IMG/VR virus record: IMGVR_UViG_3300031857_016023
Span: 32,001 to 96,000 of that record
Origin: a virus
Reading direction: 5' to 3' (one strand)
Length of the DNA stretch: 64,000 bases
Shown here: positions 47,368 through 56,325 of the stretch, piece by piece
How positions within the stretch are numbered: the stretch's first letter is position 1
Layout of the letters: each line of letters opens with the position of its first letter
Position numbers and translations under genes: made by a program
The notes under the pieces: model-generated
Told to the model about the DNA's origin: nothing
Database searches by the model: none
What the model saw: only the letters and a program-made list of their open reading frames with translations

Positions 47368-48155
47368 ATTTTATAATCTTTCTCCATTTCAACAAAACGA
47401 TTGTAAAGTTCTTCTCCTAAAATTTCTTTTGGATCTTTAGCTGTCTTTTGTAGTTTTGGCCTAATTGTATGTAATCCTTCAATACCCCAAGCAAGTAAAT
47501 CAGCATCCTGCGTATCATTTTCTATATCATCAAAATTATAATTCCATTTTGGTAGTTCTAAAAATTCTTCAATTTTTTGTATTTGTTTTATTGGTTGATT
47601 AATAAGATCATCATAATTCACAATTACAATTTTGTTTGGCGCCTCTATTTTAATTTGTTTTAAAACTTCCATATCTTCTTTAACTATTTCATACCAGATA
47701 AATCCCATTCGAGTATCATCATTTATTAAACAGTTATTTTCGTGTAGTATCTTATCTACATTTGAAGTTATATCTTTTTTAATTAATGAAAGCCAACTTG
47801 CCATTACACTTGGTAAATCTCTTTCTGTTACTATAGCTTTCATTTCTCTACCAAATAATTCCGAAGCATATAACATATTTTTTCCCCAAGCTCTGTCTTT
47901 ATCGATTATTATTGGTTCTGAACGATGTTTCCAAAAAGCAGGAAGTATTGCTTTTGTTATATTATTAATTTGTTCAACAAAACGATTTGCATTAACTGCT
48001 GGTTCTTTATCCCATATTTCTTGAAGTTTTGAAGTTACTTGAAGCATAGGAGAAGTTGGAGTAACATAAACATTTGGATTCTGATTTAAAATTGAAGCTA
48101 AAACAGTTGATCCTGATCTTGATAGTCCTGCCATAAAGTGATAAGTTTTATCCAT
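47364..48155 (-). CDS. Sulfotransferase family protein
   Basis: GLSRSGSTVLASILNQNP (5'-PSB), RDLPSVMAS (3'-PB), VNYDDL. Confidence 0.85.
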   Translation of the reverse strand: MDKTYHFMAGLSRSGSTVLASILNQNPNVYVTPTSPMLQVTSKLQEIWDKEPAVNANRFVEQINNITKAILPAFWKHRSEPIIIDKDRAWGKNMLYASELFGREMKAIVTERDLPSVMASWLSLIKKDITSNVDKILHENNCLINDDTRMGFIWYEIVKEDMEVLKQIKIEAPNKIVIVNYDDLINQPIKQIQKIEEFLELPKWNYNFDDIENDTQDADLLAWGIEGLHTIRPKLQKTAKDPKEILGEELYNRFVEMEKDYKI

Positions 48156-48514
48156 TATTTTAAAGTCATATTTGGTATATTTGGGTGATGATTTTTACGA
48201 CAGTCAAATTGACGACAAGCTATTGGCCTATCTTCATATATTGAACATTTACCATTAATGAACATACCACATCCACCTTCTTTTTTTCTATAGAGAACAA
48301 TTGTTGGACCAACATTTGGGTTTATTTCTAAATGACCTTCATTTGGATTTAATAAGCTGATTGGATATTTACCAGAAGCAACTTCTTCAATTGTAAGATA
48401 TGGAGATAATTTTTCACAACAAAAAGTGCAAGTACCGCAAGGCACTTCGGATATTTCTTCATCGGATCTAATTGAAGTTATATTAATATTTTTTATATCA
48501 AAGTTAATTTTCAT
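48155..48514 (-). CDS. YkgJ-family CxxCxxCC protein
   Basis: CGTCTFCC, CGMF..GKCSIYEDRPIACRQFDC. Confidence 0.9.
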   Translation of the reverse strand: MKINFDIKNINITSIRSDEEISEVPCGTCTFCCEKLSPYLTIEEVASGKYPISLLNPNEGHLEINPNVGPTIVLYRKKEGGCGMFINGKCSIYEDRPIACRQFDCRKNHHPNIPNMTLK

Positions 48515-49811
48515 GTAGGTATTCTTTAAGCTCTGCTAAAGGTAGATCCCAATTATCATATCGTTTTTGTCTAAAAATAGTAAGATTATCATTATACCAT
48601 TTTGTTTTATGACCAGGTATTGCCCAAGTATAATAGTTTAAAAGTGGTGTTAAAACCACAGAAAGTTTTCCCATAGCTCCTGCTGCATGAATCAAAGAGG
48701 TGCAACTAGAAACAACTATGTCCATTTGATCGATATAGTCGAAGGTATCATCCCAATTTTTAATTTTGTCTTTTAAATTAATCACTCTTGGATGATTAAA
48801 ATCTTCATCCATGTGAAAGGAATAAATTGTATAATCTTCTGGAATACAATCTATCATTTGCTCAAAAGGAACAGTTCGATGAAGGTCTTGGTCATAGTGT
48901 GGATTTCCCATCGATTTAATACCAATTTTTTTCTTACCTTCTAATTTTGGCGCTTTTCTGATGGGTGACAAATATGGCCCATACCATAATTCATTTTGTT
49001 CTAGTTCTAAGTAACTAGGTACAGGCATCGAATATGTCCATAACCAATCGTCTGGTAATTGTTTGACATTTGACATGCAAGGAAAACCACATCTTTCAAA
49101 TATATTAATAACGGCTTTACTGTTTGAAAACCATATAGGATTTAAACCTCTTTCTTTAAGGTGCTTCATAAACCTTACAGAGATAATCTCATCACCAATA
49201 CCGCCTTCAGCGCAAACAAGTATGGTTTTTCCTTTTGCTGGTTCTCCTTGCCAAAGATTAGTTTTTGGAAAAGGAAATTCATGCCAAGAATTAAACGCTC
49301 GACCTCCTAACAAGACTTCTCTCAAACCTTTTTTAAATAATCCATTTCTCAGATCATATGTGCCAAGATTAAATTTTACTTTTCTACCAAGTTCTTCATC
49401 GTGAGGTTTAGTTAGAATATCCCTTAAAACTTTTTCACCTAAATCTTTTCGATCTAATAAAAAATAAGTAAAAGCTTCTTCCATTCTAAGTTCTGGATCA
49501 TCAGGATTATCTTTTAGAGATAATTGTATAAATTTTAAAGCATCTTCAGGTTTGTTTAGTTGAAGGTAACCTCTTATAATATTTGTTCTTACTTTATATT
49601 TTTCTTCTGTTGGTAAAGAAAAATCATTATACATCTTTAATGCTATTTTTAATGATCCATCAAAACTTTTACATCTCACATATAATTGTCCTAATTCATC
49701 AAAATGCTCTATATTTTGAGCATAAGGAAACATTAGATCTAAAACAATTTTAGCTTTTTCTTTTTGATTAATGTCAATAAGAAATTTAGCTGTTGATAGA
49801 GGATCATTCAT
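48504..49811 (-). CDS. TPR protein with a C-terminal GT-B (GT9-like) glycosyltransferase-like domain
   Basis: Helical N-terminus; W.GEP..GKTILV.AEGGIGDEI; DIVVSSCTSLIHAAGAMG. Confidence 0.8.
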   Translation of the reverse strand: MNDPLSTAKFLIDINQKEKAKIVLDLMFPYAQNIEHFDELGQLYVRCKSFDGSLKIALKMYNDFSLPTEEKYKVRTNIIRGYLQLNKPEDALKFIQLSLKDNPDDPELRMEEAFTYFLLDRKDLGEKVLRDILTKPHDEELGRKVKFNLGTYDLRNGLFKKGLREVLLGGRAFNSWHEFPFPKTNLWQGEPAKGKTILVCAEGGIGDEIISVRFMKHLKERGLNPIWFSNSKAVINIFERCGFPCMSNVKQLPDDWLWTYSMPVPSYLELEQNELWYGPYLSPIRKAPKLEGKKKIGIKSMGNPHYDQDLHRTVPFEQMIDCIPEDYTIYSFHMDEDFNHPRVINLKDKIKNWDDTFDYIDQMDIVVSSCTSLIHAAGAMGKLSVVLTPLLNYYTWAIPGHKTKWYNDNLTIFRQKRYDNWDLPLAELKEYLHEN

Positions 49812-50307
49812 TTTTTTCTTCTAATCTAAAAATTTGTACTAAGCCGCCTGAAAAAGAATGAAACAACCATGGTCTAAACAAAACGCCTTGGCCTGGTTTA
49901 AAATCATAAGATACAATTAAATCCCAATCATGTAAATTTCTATAATTCAATTTATATTCTTCTAAAGCAGTTTTAGGACCGTTTAAATTTTCATAGATGT
50001 TTAACAAAGTCCTGTCTAATGCTACAACAAAAATCCATTCGTTTAATTTTTCAAAACTTTCAAAATGAATAAAAGGAAAAGGATGCCTAAAAATTCCTGA
50101 TTTTTCTTTATTGACAATAACATTAGTGCCTAAAACAATTTTAAATCTTTCTTCAATATCTTTAGGTATCATATTGAAATCTGGTATTTCTTTTCCAAAT
50201 TCTTTATCTACAAAGCTCAAATTGCTAGTAATATTGCCAATATTTGTAGAATCTTCTCTTGTAATAAAATCGTCTACACTAATTATTTTAACTAATCGAT
50301 GTAACAT
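49804..50307 (-). CDS. Degenerate 2OG-Fe(II) oxygenase-like protein
   Basis: ISVDDF, IHFES, GVLFRPWLFHS, VQIF. Confidence 0.5.
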   Translation of the reverse strand: MLHRLVKIISVDDFITREDSTNIGNITSNLSFVDKEFGKEIPDFNMIPKDIEERFKIVLGTNVIVNKEKSGIFRHPFPFIHFESFEKLNEWIFVVALDRTLLNIYENLNGPKTALEEYKLNYRNLHDWDLIVSYDFKPGQGVLFRPWLFHSFSGGLVQIFRLEEKNE

Positions 50308-50309
50308 CT

Positions 50310-50903
50310 TTAAGTATTAGCAACTTGATACATTATATTTTGTGGTTCATCTATTTTATGAACCGACCATGTTATTAATATTTCAGCAATAACATTATTA
50401 TGTGTTCTGGAAGCATGAATACATTGTTCATCATTATAATTTTTGAATATTTTGTCCCAATAAGGATCAAGAACAAACTTATAATCTATAACACGCATAT
50501 CAACATCGTGAATTAATCCAAGAGGAGTTTCACTTCCGCCGCTTTTAATGTCTTCCTTATTTCTTTTTTTGGAAAACATATCAAGAGTGTGGCTATAGAT
50601 TGCTCTTTTATGTGTGGGATCTATGAGGAAAATATCATGTCGAGGATGAGGAACTCTAATATCAATTTGAGTGCCGTGTTTACAAACACGAAAAAGTTCT
50701 TTAATGCAATGAAAAAAACCATCACCTAAGTGTTCAAGTATGTGGTGTGCAATCACATGGTCTACACTATCATTATCAAAAGGCAAATTATCCCGTTCTA
50801 AATCTAGAACATGATCTGGTTCAGAACCAGCATAACTGTCTATATTAATATAATCGGGAATTCTTTTGTTGCCTGAACCAATATTTATTTTCATAATTAT
50901 CAC
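50310..50903 (-). CDS. SAM-dependent methyltransferase (type 11-like)
   Basis: INIGSG...YINID, LPFDNDSVD, HILEHL, DPTH. Confidence 0.85.
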   Translation of the reverse strand: MIIMKINIGSGNKRIPDYINIDSYAGSEPDHVLDLERDNLPFDNDSVDHVIAHHILEHLGDGFFHCIKELFRVCKHGTQIDIRVPHPRHDIFLIDPTHKRAIYSHTLDMFSKKRNKEDIKSGGSETPLGLIHDVDMRVIDYKFVLDPYWDKIFKNYNDEQCIHASRTHNNVIAEILITWSVHKIDEPQNIMYQVANT

Positions 50904-50941
50904 CTTTAAACATGAAATTATAACACATCTTTATTTATTTG

Positions 50942-52195
50942 TCAATAATACAAATTAGAAATAGCGGCAATTGTATTGTTTCCACTTAAATATGGTGTAA
51001 AAAGTTTTGAGCTGGAGATTGTACTCCATTTTCTGTCTGTGACTATTTGAACAGGAGAAGATACTCCTATTGCACCTCTTGTACCTTGTGGAGATTCTTG
51101 ATTATTTCCAAATACTCCGGCTTCATTTCTTCCCCAAGCCCATAATGTTCCATCTTCTTTAAGAGCAAAAGAAGTATCTTGTGAAACGGAAATTTCTGTC
51201 CAATCACTTCTACTGGATATTTGTGTTGGAGAAGATCGTTGTGCTAAACCTAAGCCAGCTTCTGATCCAATTAAAGGCAAACCTAATTGTCCATAACCAT
51301 TAGATCCCCAACCCCAAAGAGTTCCATCGGTTTTAATAGCTAAAAAATGTATGTCTGCTGCTAGCGAATTTGGCCCAGCAATTTTTTTCCAATTAGTTGA
51401 AGAATCGAATTGAACCGGAGAAGATCGGTCTACTTTTATTCCTAAACGCTCTTGAGTTTGGCCCCAAACCCAAAGAGTTCCGTCAACTTTAATAGCTGTC
51501 ACTACATTTTGGCGTGAAGAAGGATTAACAAATTTCCAAGTCCTGTCTAATCCAATTTGAACTGGAGAAGATCGATGTAAAAGAACACCACTATTAATAC
51601 CTAAAGTACCATAATCATTAGAACCCCAAGAGTATAATCTACCTTCATCTTTATCGCCTCTAATAGCAAATGTTGTATCTAATCCACAAACAACATATTT
51701 CCACCAAGTGTTTGATCCAATTTGAACAGGAGAAGATACACTAATACTTATGCTAGTATTAGTTCCTAGTTGACCGTATTCATTTCTTCCCCAACTCCAT
51801 AATGTTCCATCCGTTTTTACAGCGCTACTATGTGCATTACCAGCAGATATATGAGCCCAATTTGTATCAACTCCAATTTGAACAGGAGAAGATAAATTGA
51901 TTGTTGTGCTATTTCCTAATTGGCCATATTCGTTTTTTCCCCAACTCCATAATGTTCCATCCGTTTTTAACGCTAAGGCATGACCAGATATATCAATTTC
52001 TTTCCAAAATTGGGAAGATTGTAATTGTACAGGTGATGATCTGGAAATTGTTGTTCCGTCACCAATAATACCAGATCTTCCGTCAGGTGAATTATCTCCC
52101 CAAATGAATATATGACCAAATTTTGTTACCCTTTTTAAAATATTAGGTTTTAAAAATCTAGAAGTAACGTCTTTATTCCTCGATCTATATGTCAT
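50942..52195 (-). CDS. RCC1/BLIP-II-like beta-propeller protein
   Basis: About seven repeats of KTDGTLWxWG.N..GQLG...SSPVQIG. Confidence 0.9.
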   Translation of the reverse strand: MTYRSRNKDVTSRFLKPNILKRVTKFGHIFIWGDNSPDGRSGIIGDGTTISRSSPVQLQSSQFWKEIDISGHALALKTDGTLWSWGKNEYGQLGNSTTINLSSPVQIGVDTNWAHISAGNAHSSAVKTDGTLWSWGRNEYGQLGTNTSISISVSSPVQIGSNTWWKYVVCGLDTTFAIRGDKDEGRLYSWGSNDYGTLGINSGVLLHRSSPVQIGLDRTWKFVNPSSRQNVVTAIKVDGTLWVWGQTQERLGIKVDRSSPVQFDSSTNWKKIAGPNSLAADIHFLAIKTDGTLWGWGSNGYGQLGLPLIGSEAGLGLAQRSSPTQISSRSDWTEISVSQDTSFALKEDGTLWAWGRNEAGVFGNNQESPQGTRGAIGVSSPVQIVTDRKWSTISSSKLFTPYLSGNNTIAAISNLYY

Positions 52196-52201
52196 TTTGT
52201 T

Positions 52202-53428
52202 TTAACCAAAAAAAGTTTCATCTTTTATACCAACAAATCCAGAAGCGACAGATGATACACTTACCCAATTATTGGCCCAATCAGTCCTGCTAGGATTCCA
52301 CGAACCAAATAAAACAGGTGAACTTTCTGGTCCTGTTACGCCGAGCCTATATCCGTTAAAAGGTACGTTACTGCCCCACCCCCAAAGAGTTCCATCCGCT
52401 TTGATAGCCATATTATAACGAAAAACTTCTACCCAATCGTTTGATGTTCCAATCTGTACCGGAGATGATTTTGCCGATCCAGTACCAGGCGGTTCATTTA
52501 AGAAACTTCCTCCCCAAGCCCATAATGTTCCATCGGTTTTAACTGCTGTAGCGCTGATCTCTGATCTTATTACTGATTTCCAATTATTTTCTGTACCAAG
52601 TTGTACAGGTTCTCCCCGCGTATCAGAATAACCGCTAGTAGAATTTCCAAACCCTCCGTAAAAATTTTGACCCCAAATCCAAAGAGTCCCATATCTATCA
52701 ATTACAGCATAGGTGTCTACTAATTTACTCCAATCTCTGGATGATCCAATTTGGGTTGGAGAGGAAAATATTGTAATATTATTAATATCAATGCCCCATT
52801 TCCAAAGAGTTCCATCTGATTTGAGAGCAAACGCTCTGTGATTACCCTGATCAGATTTTACAGATACCCATTTATTATCTGTACCTATTTGTGTTGGAGA
52901 AGATACGTTGTTGGATAAAGATCCAAAAGTAAAAGATGGTGGACCATAACCTAATTGGGCTCTATAATTATGCCCCCAAGACCAAAGAGTTCCATCGGTT
53001 TTAATAGCAAAGGTTGAATATATACTTCGTTCTACCATTAACCAGTTAGTATCTGCTCCAATTTGAGTAGGAGAAGATTTTCCTTGCAAGAAGTTTGATG
53101 TATTATCTCCAATTTGACCATAATCGTTTGCACCCCAACCCCAAAGAGTTCCATCCGACTTAATAGCGTGAACACCTAAAGCATCACAAGAAATTGAAGC
53201 CCAACCAACTCCACTTCCAAGTAAAACGGCAGATGATCGATAAGTTTGATCATTAAGACCTAATTGGGCTCGATCATTTGCGCCTAAACCATAAAGATAA
53301 CTTTGTAAAGGAAAATCTCTAATATATCCATAGTTGTCAAATAATCTAGTCGTAGACACATATGATCCAAGTGAAGTATTGGATATATCTGTTGTGGTGC
53401 TATTTTGAGTAATGAGATAATTAGTCAT
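52202..53428 (-). CDS. RCC1/BLIP-II-like beta-propeller protein
   Basis: Same repeat. Confidence 0.9.
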   Translation of the reverse strand: MTNYLITQNSTTTDISNTSLGSYVSTTRLFDNYGYIRDFPLQSYLYGLGANDRAQLGLNDQTYRSSAVLLGSGVGWASISCDALGVHAIKSDGTLWGWGANDYGQIGDNTSNFLQGKSSPTQIGADTNWLMVERSIYSTFAIKTDGTLWSWGHNYRAQLGYGPPSFTFGSLSNNVSSPTQIGTDNKWVSVKSDQGNHRAFALKSDGTLWKWGIDINNITIFSSPTQIGSSRDWSKLVDTYAVIDRYGTLWIWGQNFYGGFGNSTSGYSDTRGEPVQLGTENNWKSVIRSEISATAVKTDGTLWAWGGSFLNEPPGTGSAKSSPVQIGTSNDWVEVFRYNMAIKADGTLWGWGSNVPFNGYRLGVTGPESSPVLFGSWNPSRTDWANNWVSVSSVASGFVGIKDETFFG

Positions 53429-53433
53429 TTGTA

Positions 53434-54651
53434 TTATTTAAAACCTGGATCTTTTAAAGCCAAAAAATTTACACTACCCGTCACGCCTGAGGCCGACTGG
53501 ATTGTAGAAATCTTTCTAAATCCAACATTTGATGTAACGGGTATTGGGGCAGTCGCATGAAGTGTCAAGAGTTGAACTGGAGATGATCGATAAGGAATCC
53601 ATGTTCCGTCAGCTGTATTTGAAGGATTATAACTCCATGTGCCCCAAACCCAAAGAGTTCCATCTGATTTTATGCCCATACCGTGATTGCTACCAGAAAA
53701 AAACTTGTTTCCGCCAATTTCCACATATCTCCATGGAAGTTGACCATTACCTTGTCCAAGCACCTGAACAGGAGAGCTTCTAGAAATATTTGTACCATCA
53801 CCAAGTTGTCCTACTGTATTACTTCCCCAAGCCCATAATGTTCCATCGGTTTTAAATGCTGTAATTCCTCCAGAATTAACTGATCTCCAATTCGTGTTTG
53901 CTCCAATTTGAACGGGTGACGAATACTCTTTACCAAATGGAGAAGTTTCAGCCGGATTTAAACGAGCAGCGTTGCCCCATAACCAGAGAGTTCCATTTGA
54001 TTTAATAGCTGCTCTAACAGAACTAGAACTACTAATATATTTCCAATTTGTGTTTGTTCCAATTTGAACAGGAGAGCTTCTGGGAATTATCGTATTATCA
54101 CCAACTTCACCATTAGAATTAAAGCCCCAAGACCAAAGAGTTCCATTATTTTTAAGGGCTAATCCATATTCTATTGCAAACCAATCATTTGAACTACCAA
54201 TTTGAGTAGGAGAAGAACGATCAATTAGGTCACCAAGACCTAGGCCACCAACATTATTAAGCCCCCAAGACCAAATAGTTCCATCAGTTTTAACAGCGTT
54301 AGCCACATAACTGAAAGCTGAAATTTTTTTCCAATTTCTGTTTGTTCCAATTTGAACTGGTGATGTAATATTTGTTCCTGGAGCACTTCCAGTATACCAT
54401 TGTGGGTCATATCCGTAAGCCCATAATGTTCTATCCGATCTGATAAGAAAAGCATAATTTGAGCCTGGATCTCCCTCTATTTCTCTCCAAGAAGCTGAGT
54501 TTGCTGTTACATCATAAAATTTTTCTCCATTGCTATTTCTATTGTAATAATGCCATACTGTTCCACCAATGGTTATACTATCTAAAAATTCAAGATCGGT
54601 ATCAATTGCATCGCTTAAAAGATCTTGATCAGTATTAACTTTAAATACCAT
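53434..54651 (-). CDS. RCC1/BLIP-II-like beta-propeller protein
   Basis: Same repeat. Confidence 0.9.
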   Translation of the reverse strand: MVFKVNTDQDLLSDAIDTDLEFLDSITIGGTVWHYYNRNSNGEKFYDVTANSASWREIEGDPGSNYAFLIRSDRTLWAYGYDPQWYTGSAPGTNITSPVQIGTNRNWKKISAFSYVANAVKTDGTIWSWGLNNVGGLGLGDLIDRSSPTQIGSSNDWFAIEYGLALKNNGTLWSWGFNSNGEVGDNTIIPRSSPVQIGTNTNWKYISSSSSVRAAIKSNGTLWLWGNAARLNPAETSPFGKEYSSPVQIGANTNWRSVNSGGITAFKTDGTLWAWGSNTVGQLGDGTNISRSSPVQVLGQGNGQLPWRYVEIGGNKFFSGSNHGMGIKSDGTLWVWGTWSYNPSNTADGTWIPYRSSPVQLLTLHATAPIPVTSNVGFRKISTIQSASGVTGSVNFLALKDPGFK

Positions 54652-55192
54652 TTTTATTTTCTAATTCTTGTACTCTATGATTTAATTCTTTAACTGTTTC
54701 TACCAAATAAGCAATAAGACCTTGATAGTTTATTGTTTTGAAACCTTGTGTTGTTTCATTTACTAAATGAGGTAAAGTTTTTTCAACATCTTGAGCAATA
54801 AAACCAGAAGCTTTTCTACCGTTATCTTTCCAATTAAATTCAACTCCAGATAATTTTGAAATCATTGAAATTGGATTTTCAATTTCTAAAATATTGTTTT
54901 TTAATGTTATATCGGATACCGTATTAAAATTAATTGAAGTAAGAGTTGCTGTATTTGGATTAAAATACAATTGAGTATTTGATATGAAAACATTTGGAGA
55001 AAGTAAACCAGTATTAGAAGAAGCCAAACAAACTGGATAATCTAAATTTGTAGAGGTGTTTACGGTAGCAATAGCCGGTACAGCTATTGAAACATTAGAA
55101 ATTTGATAAACTTTACCTTGTGTGTCTACACTAACAATTGCAGTTATTAAATTACTTCCATATGTTCCTGCAGGTACGCCAAGAATAGCCAT
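54641..55192 (-). CDS. Short fibre-like protein with an S74 intramolecular chaperone domain
   Basis: SDITLK, FNWK, GFIAQDVE..LP.LV, INYQGLIAYLVETVKEL. Confidence 0.88.
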   Translation of the reverse strand: MAILGVPAGTYGSNLITAIVSVDTQGKVYQISNVSIAVPAIATVNTSTNLDYPVCLASSNTGLLSPNVFISNTQLYFNPNTATLTSINFNTVSDITLKNNILEIENPISMISKLSGVEFNWKDNGRKASGFIAQDVEKTLPHLVNETTQGFKTINYQGLIAYLVETVKELNHRVQELENKNGI

Positions 55193-55193
55193 T

Positions 55194-55520
55194 TTATGTT
55201 ATCTCCAAAGCTGAAACAACCACATCAGCTGAACTTGCCAAAGAAGTTTGAACATTTATAAAATCTCCAGCTTCTAAAACTAATTTTTGATCTCCTCCAA
55301 TTGGCACTAAAGTTTGACCTGTAGCTATGGGTGCCATGTGAGTTAAAAAGCATAATGTGCCGCCGGAATTTATCATCACATTTGCTGTAATTGCTGTTCC
55401 AGTTTTATTAGCAACAGACATACCAATTATTGTTGTTTGAGTTGCAGCTTGACAAATGTAAACATTTGAAGCTGAAGTACCAACCGAATTAGTTAAATTA
55501 TTTTTAAAACTATTTGCCAT
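55194..55520 (-). CDS. Conserved small virion structural protein
   Basis: MANSFKN, TTIIG..VAN, KLVLEAGD, S.LEIT; typically follows genes ending in IALG. Confidence 0.75.
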   Translation of the reverse strand: MANSFKNNLTNSVGTSASNVYICQAATQTTIIGMSVANKTGTAITANVMINSGGTLCFLTHMAPIATGQTLVPIGGDQKLVLEAGDFINVQTSLASSADVVVSALEIT

Positions 55521-55531
55521 TTTAGTACCTT

Positions 55532-56080
55532 TTATCCTAAAGCAATTGAAAATGCAAGAGCATCCGCACTAGCAACATTTGCCGCAGTGAAAGCTCCGTT
55601 AGCGTATACAGCAGCTGAATTCGATTTAGCTGAAGTTGTGTTTAAGAGATTACCAGCAGATCCAACCAATAAAGTCACATTTGCTATTTCGTGATTACCA
55701 TATGAAACAAATGTTGTGCCAGCAAATGTTGCAGTATTTTGTATAATGGATGTTGTATTGCCAACATACAAATCTCTAGTTATATCTAAAGTTTTAAGTA
55801 TGTTAACATTACCAGAAACATTTAAATCTTCTAAAATATATCCAGAACCGTTTACATTGAGATTATCAAAACCAATAACATCTAAAGTGATATTACCACT
55901 TACTGTAAGATCTCCTCCAATTGTAACGTCATTTTCAATATGCATGTTGGTGTTAGCAACATAAGTTTTGGTTACACCACCTTCTCTCAATAAATTTATA
56001 TCATCAACTATATTTTGAGTTGTTGATAACCATTGATAAAATGTGTTAGTGGTAACTACTGCGCTTATTATATTAGCCAT
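55532..56080 (-). CDS. Fibre-like structural protein
   Basis: TNTFYQW...TQ N-terminus, GxLxVxG repeats, C-terminal ALAFSIALG. Confidence 0.7.
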   Translation of the reverse strand: MANIISAVVTTNTFYQWLSTTQNIVDDINLLREGGVTKTYVANTNMHIENDVTIGGDLTVSGNITLDVIGFDNLNVNGSGYILEDLNVSGNVNILKTLDITRDLYVGNTTSIIQNTATFAGTTFVSYGNHEIANVTLLVGSAGNLLNTTSAKSNSAAVYANGAFTAANVASADALAFSIALG

Positions 56081-56325
56081 TATTGTTTCCGGAGTGAGGC
56101 AATTTCAATGAGTAAATTTTTAATATCTTGCATATCAGATTCTAATTTTGCCAATCGTTGTTTAGTTTCACTTTCATCTTTTTTAAGTGCTTGAACGAGA
56201 TTTTTTTTATTTCTATATTCTCTTAAAGCCGCTAAATTATTATTTAGAAGAGCTTTGGAATTTACATCTCTAACTAAATTTTCATCTTCAGTTTGTATTA
56301 AAATATTAGAATCTATCATTGTCAT
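56080..56325 (-). CDS. Conserved small coiled-coil protein
   Basis: LVRDVNSKALLN...DMQDIKNLL. Confidence 0.75.
   Translation of the reverse strand: MTMIDSNILIQTEDENLVRDVNSKALLNNNLAALREYRNKKNLVQALKKDESETKQRLAKLESDMQDIKNLLIEIASLRKQ

Noticed and set aside
28791-54651. Diversity-generating retroelement or invertible shufflon acting on fibre/RCC1 genes
   Set aside because: No reverse transcriptase or recombinase is in the window, I saw no TR/VR pair with adenine-specific mismatches, and all cassettes share one orientation.
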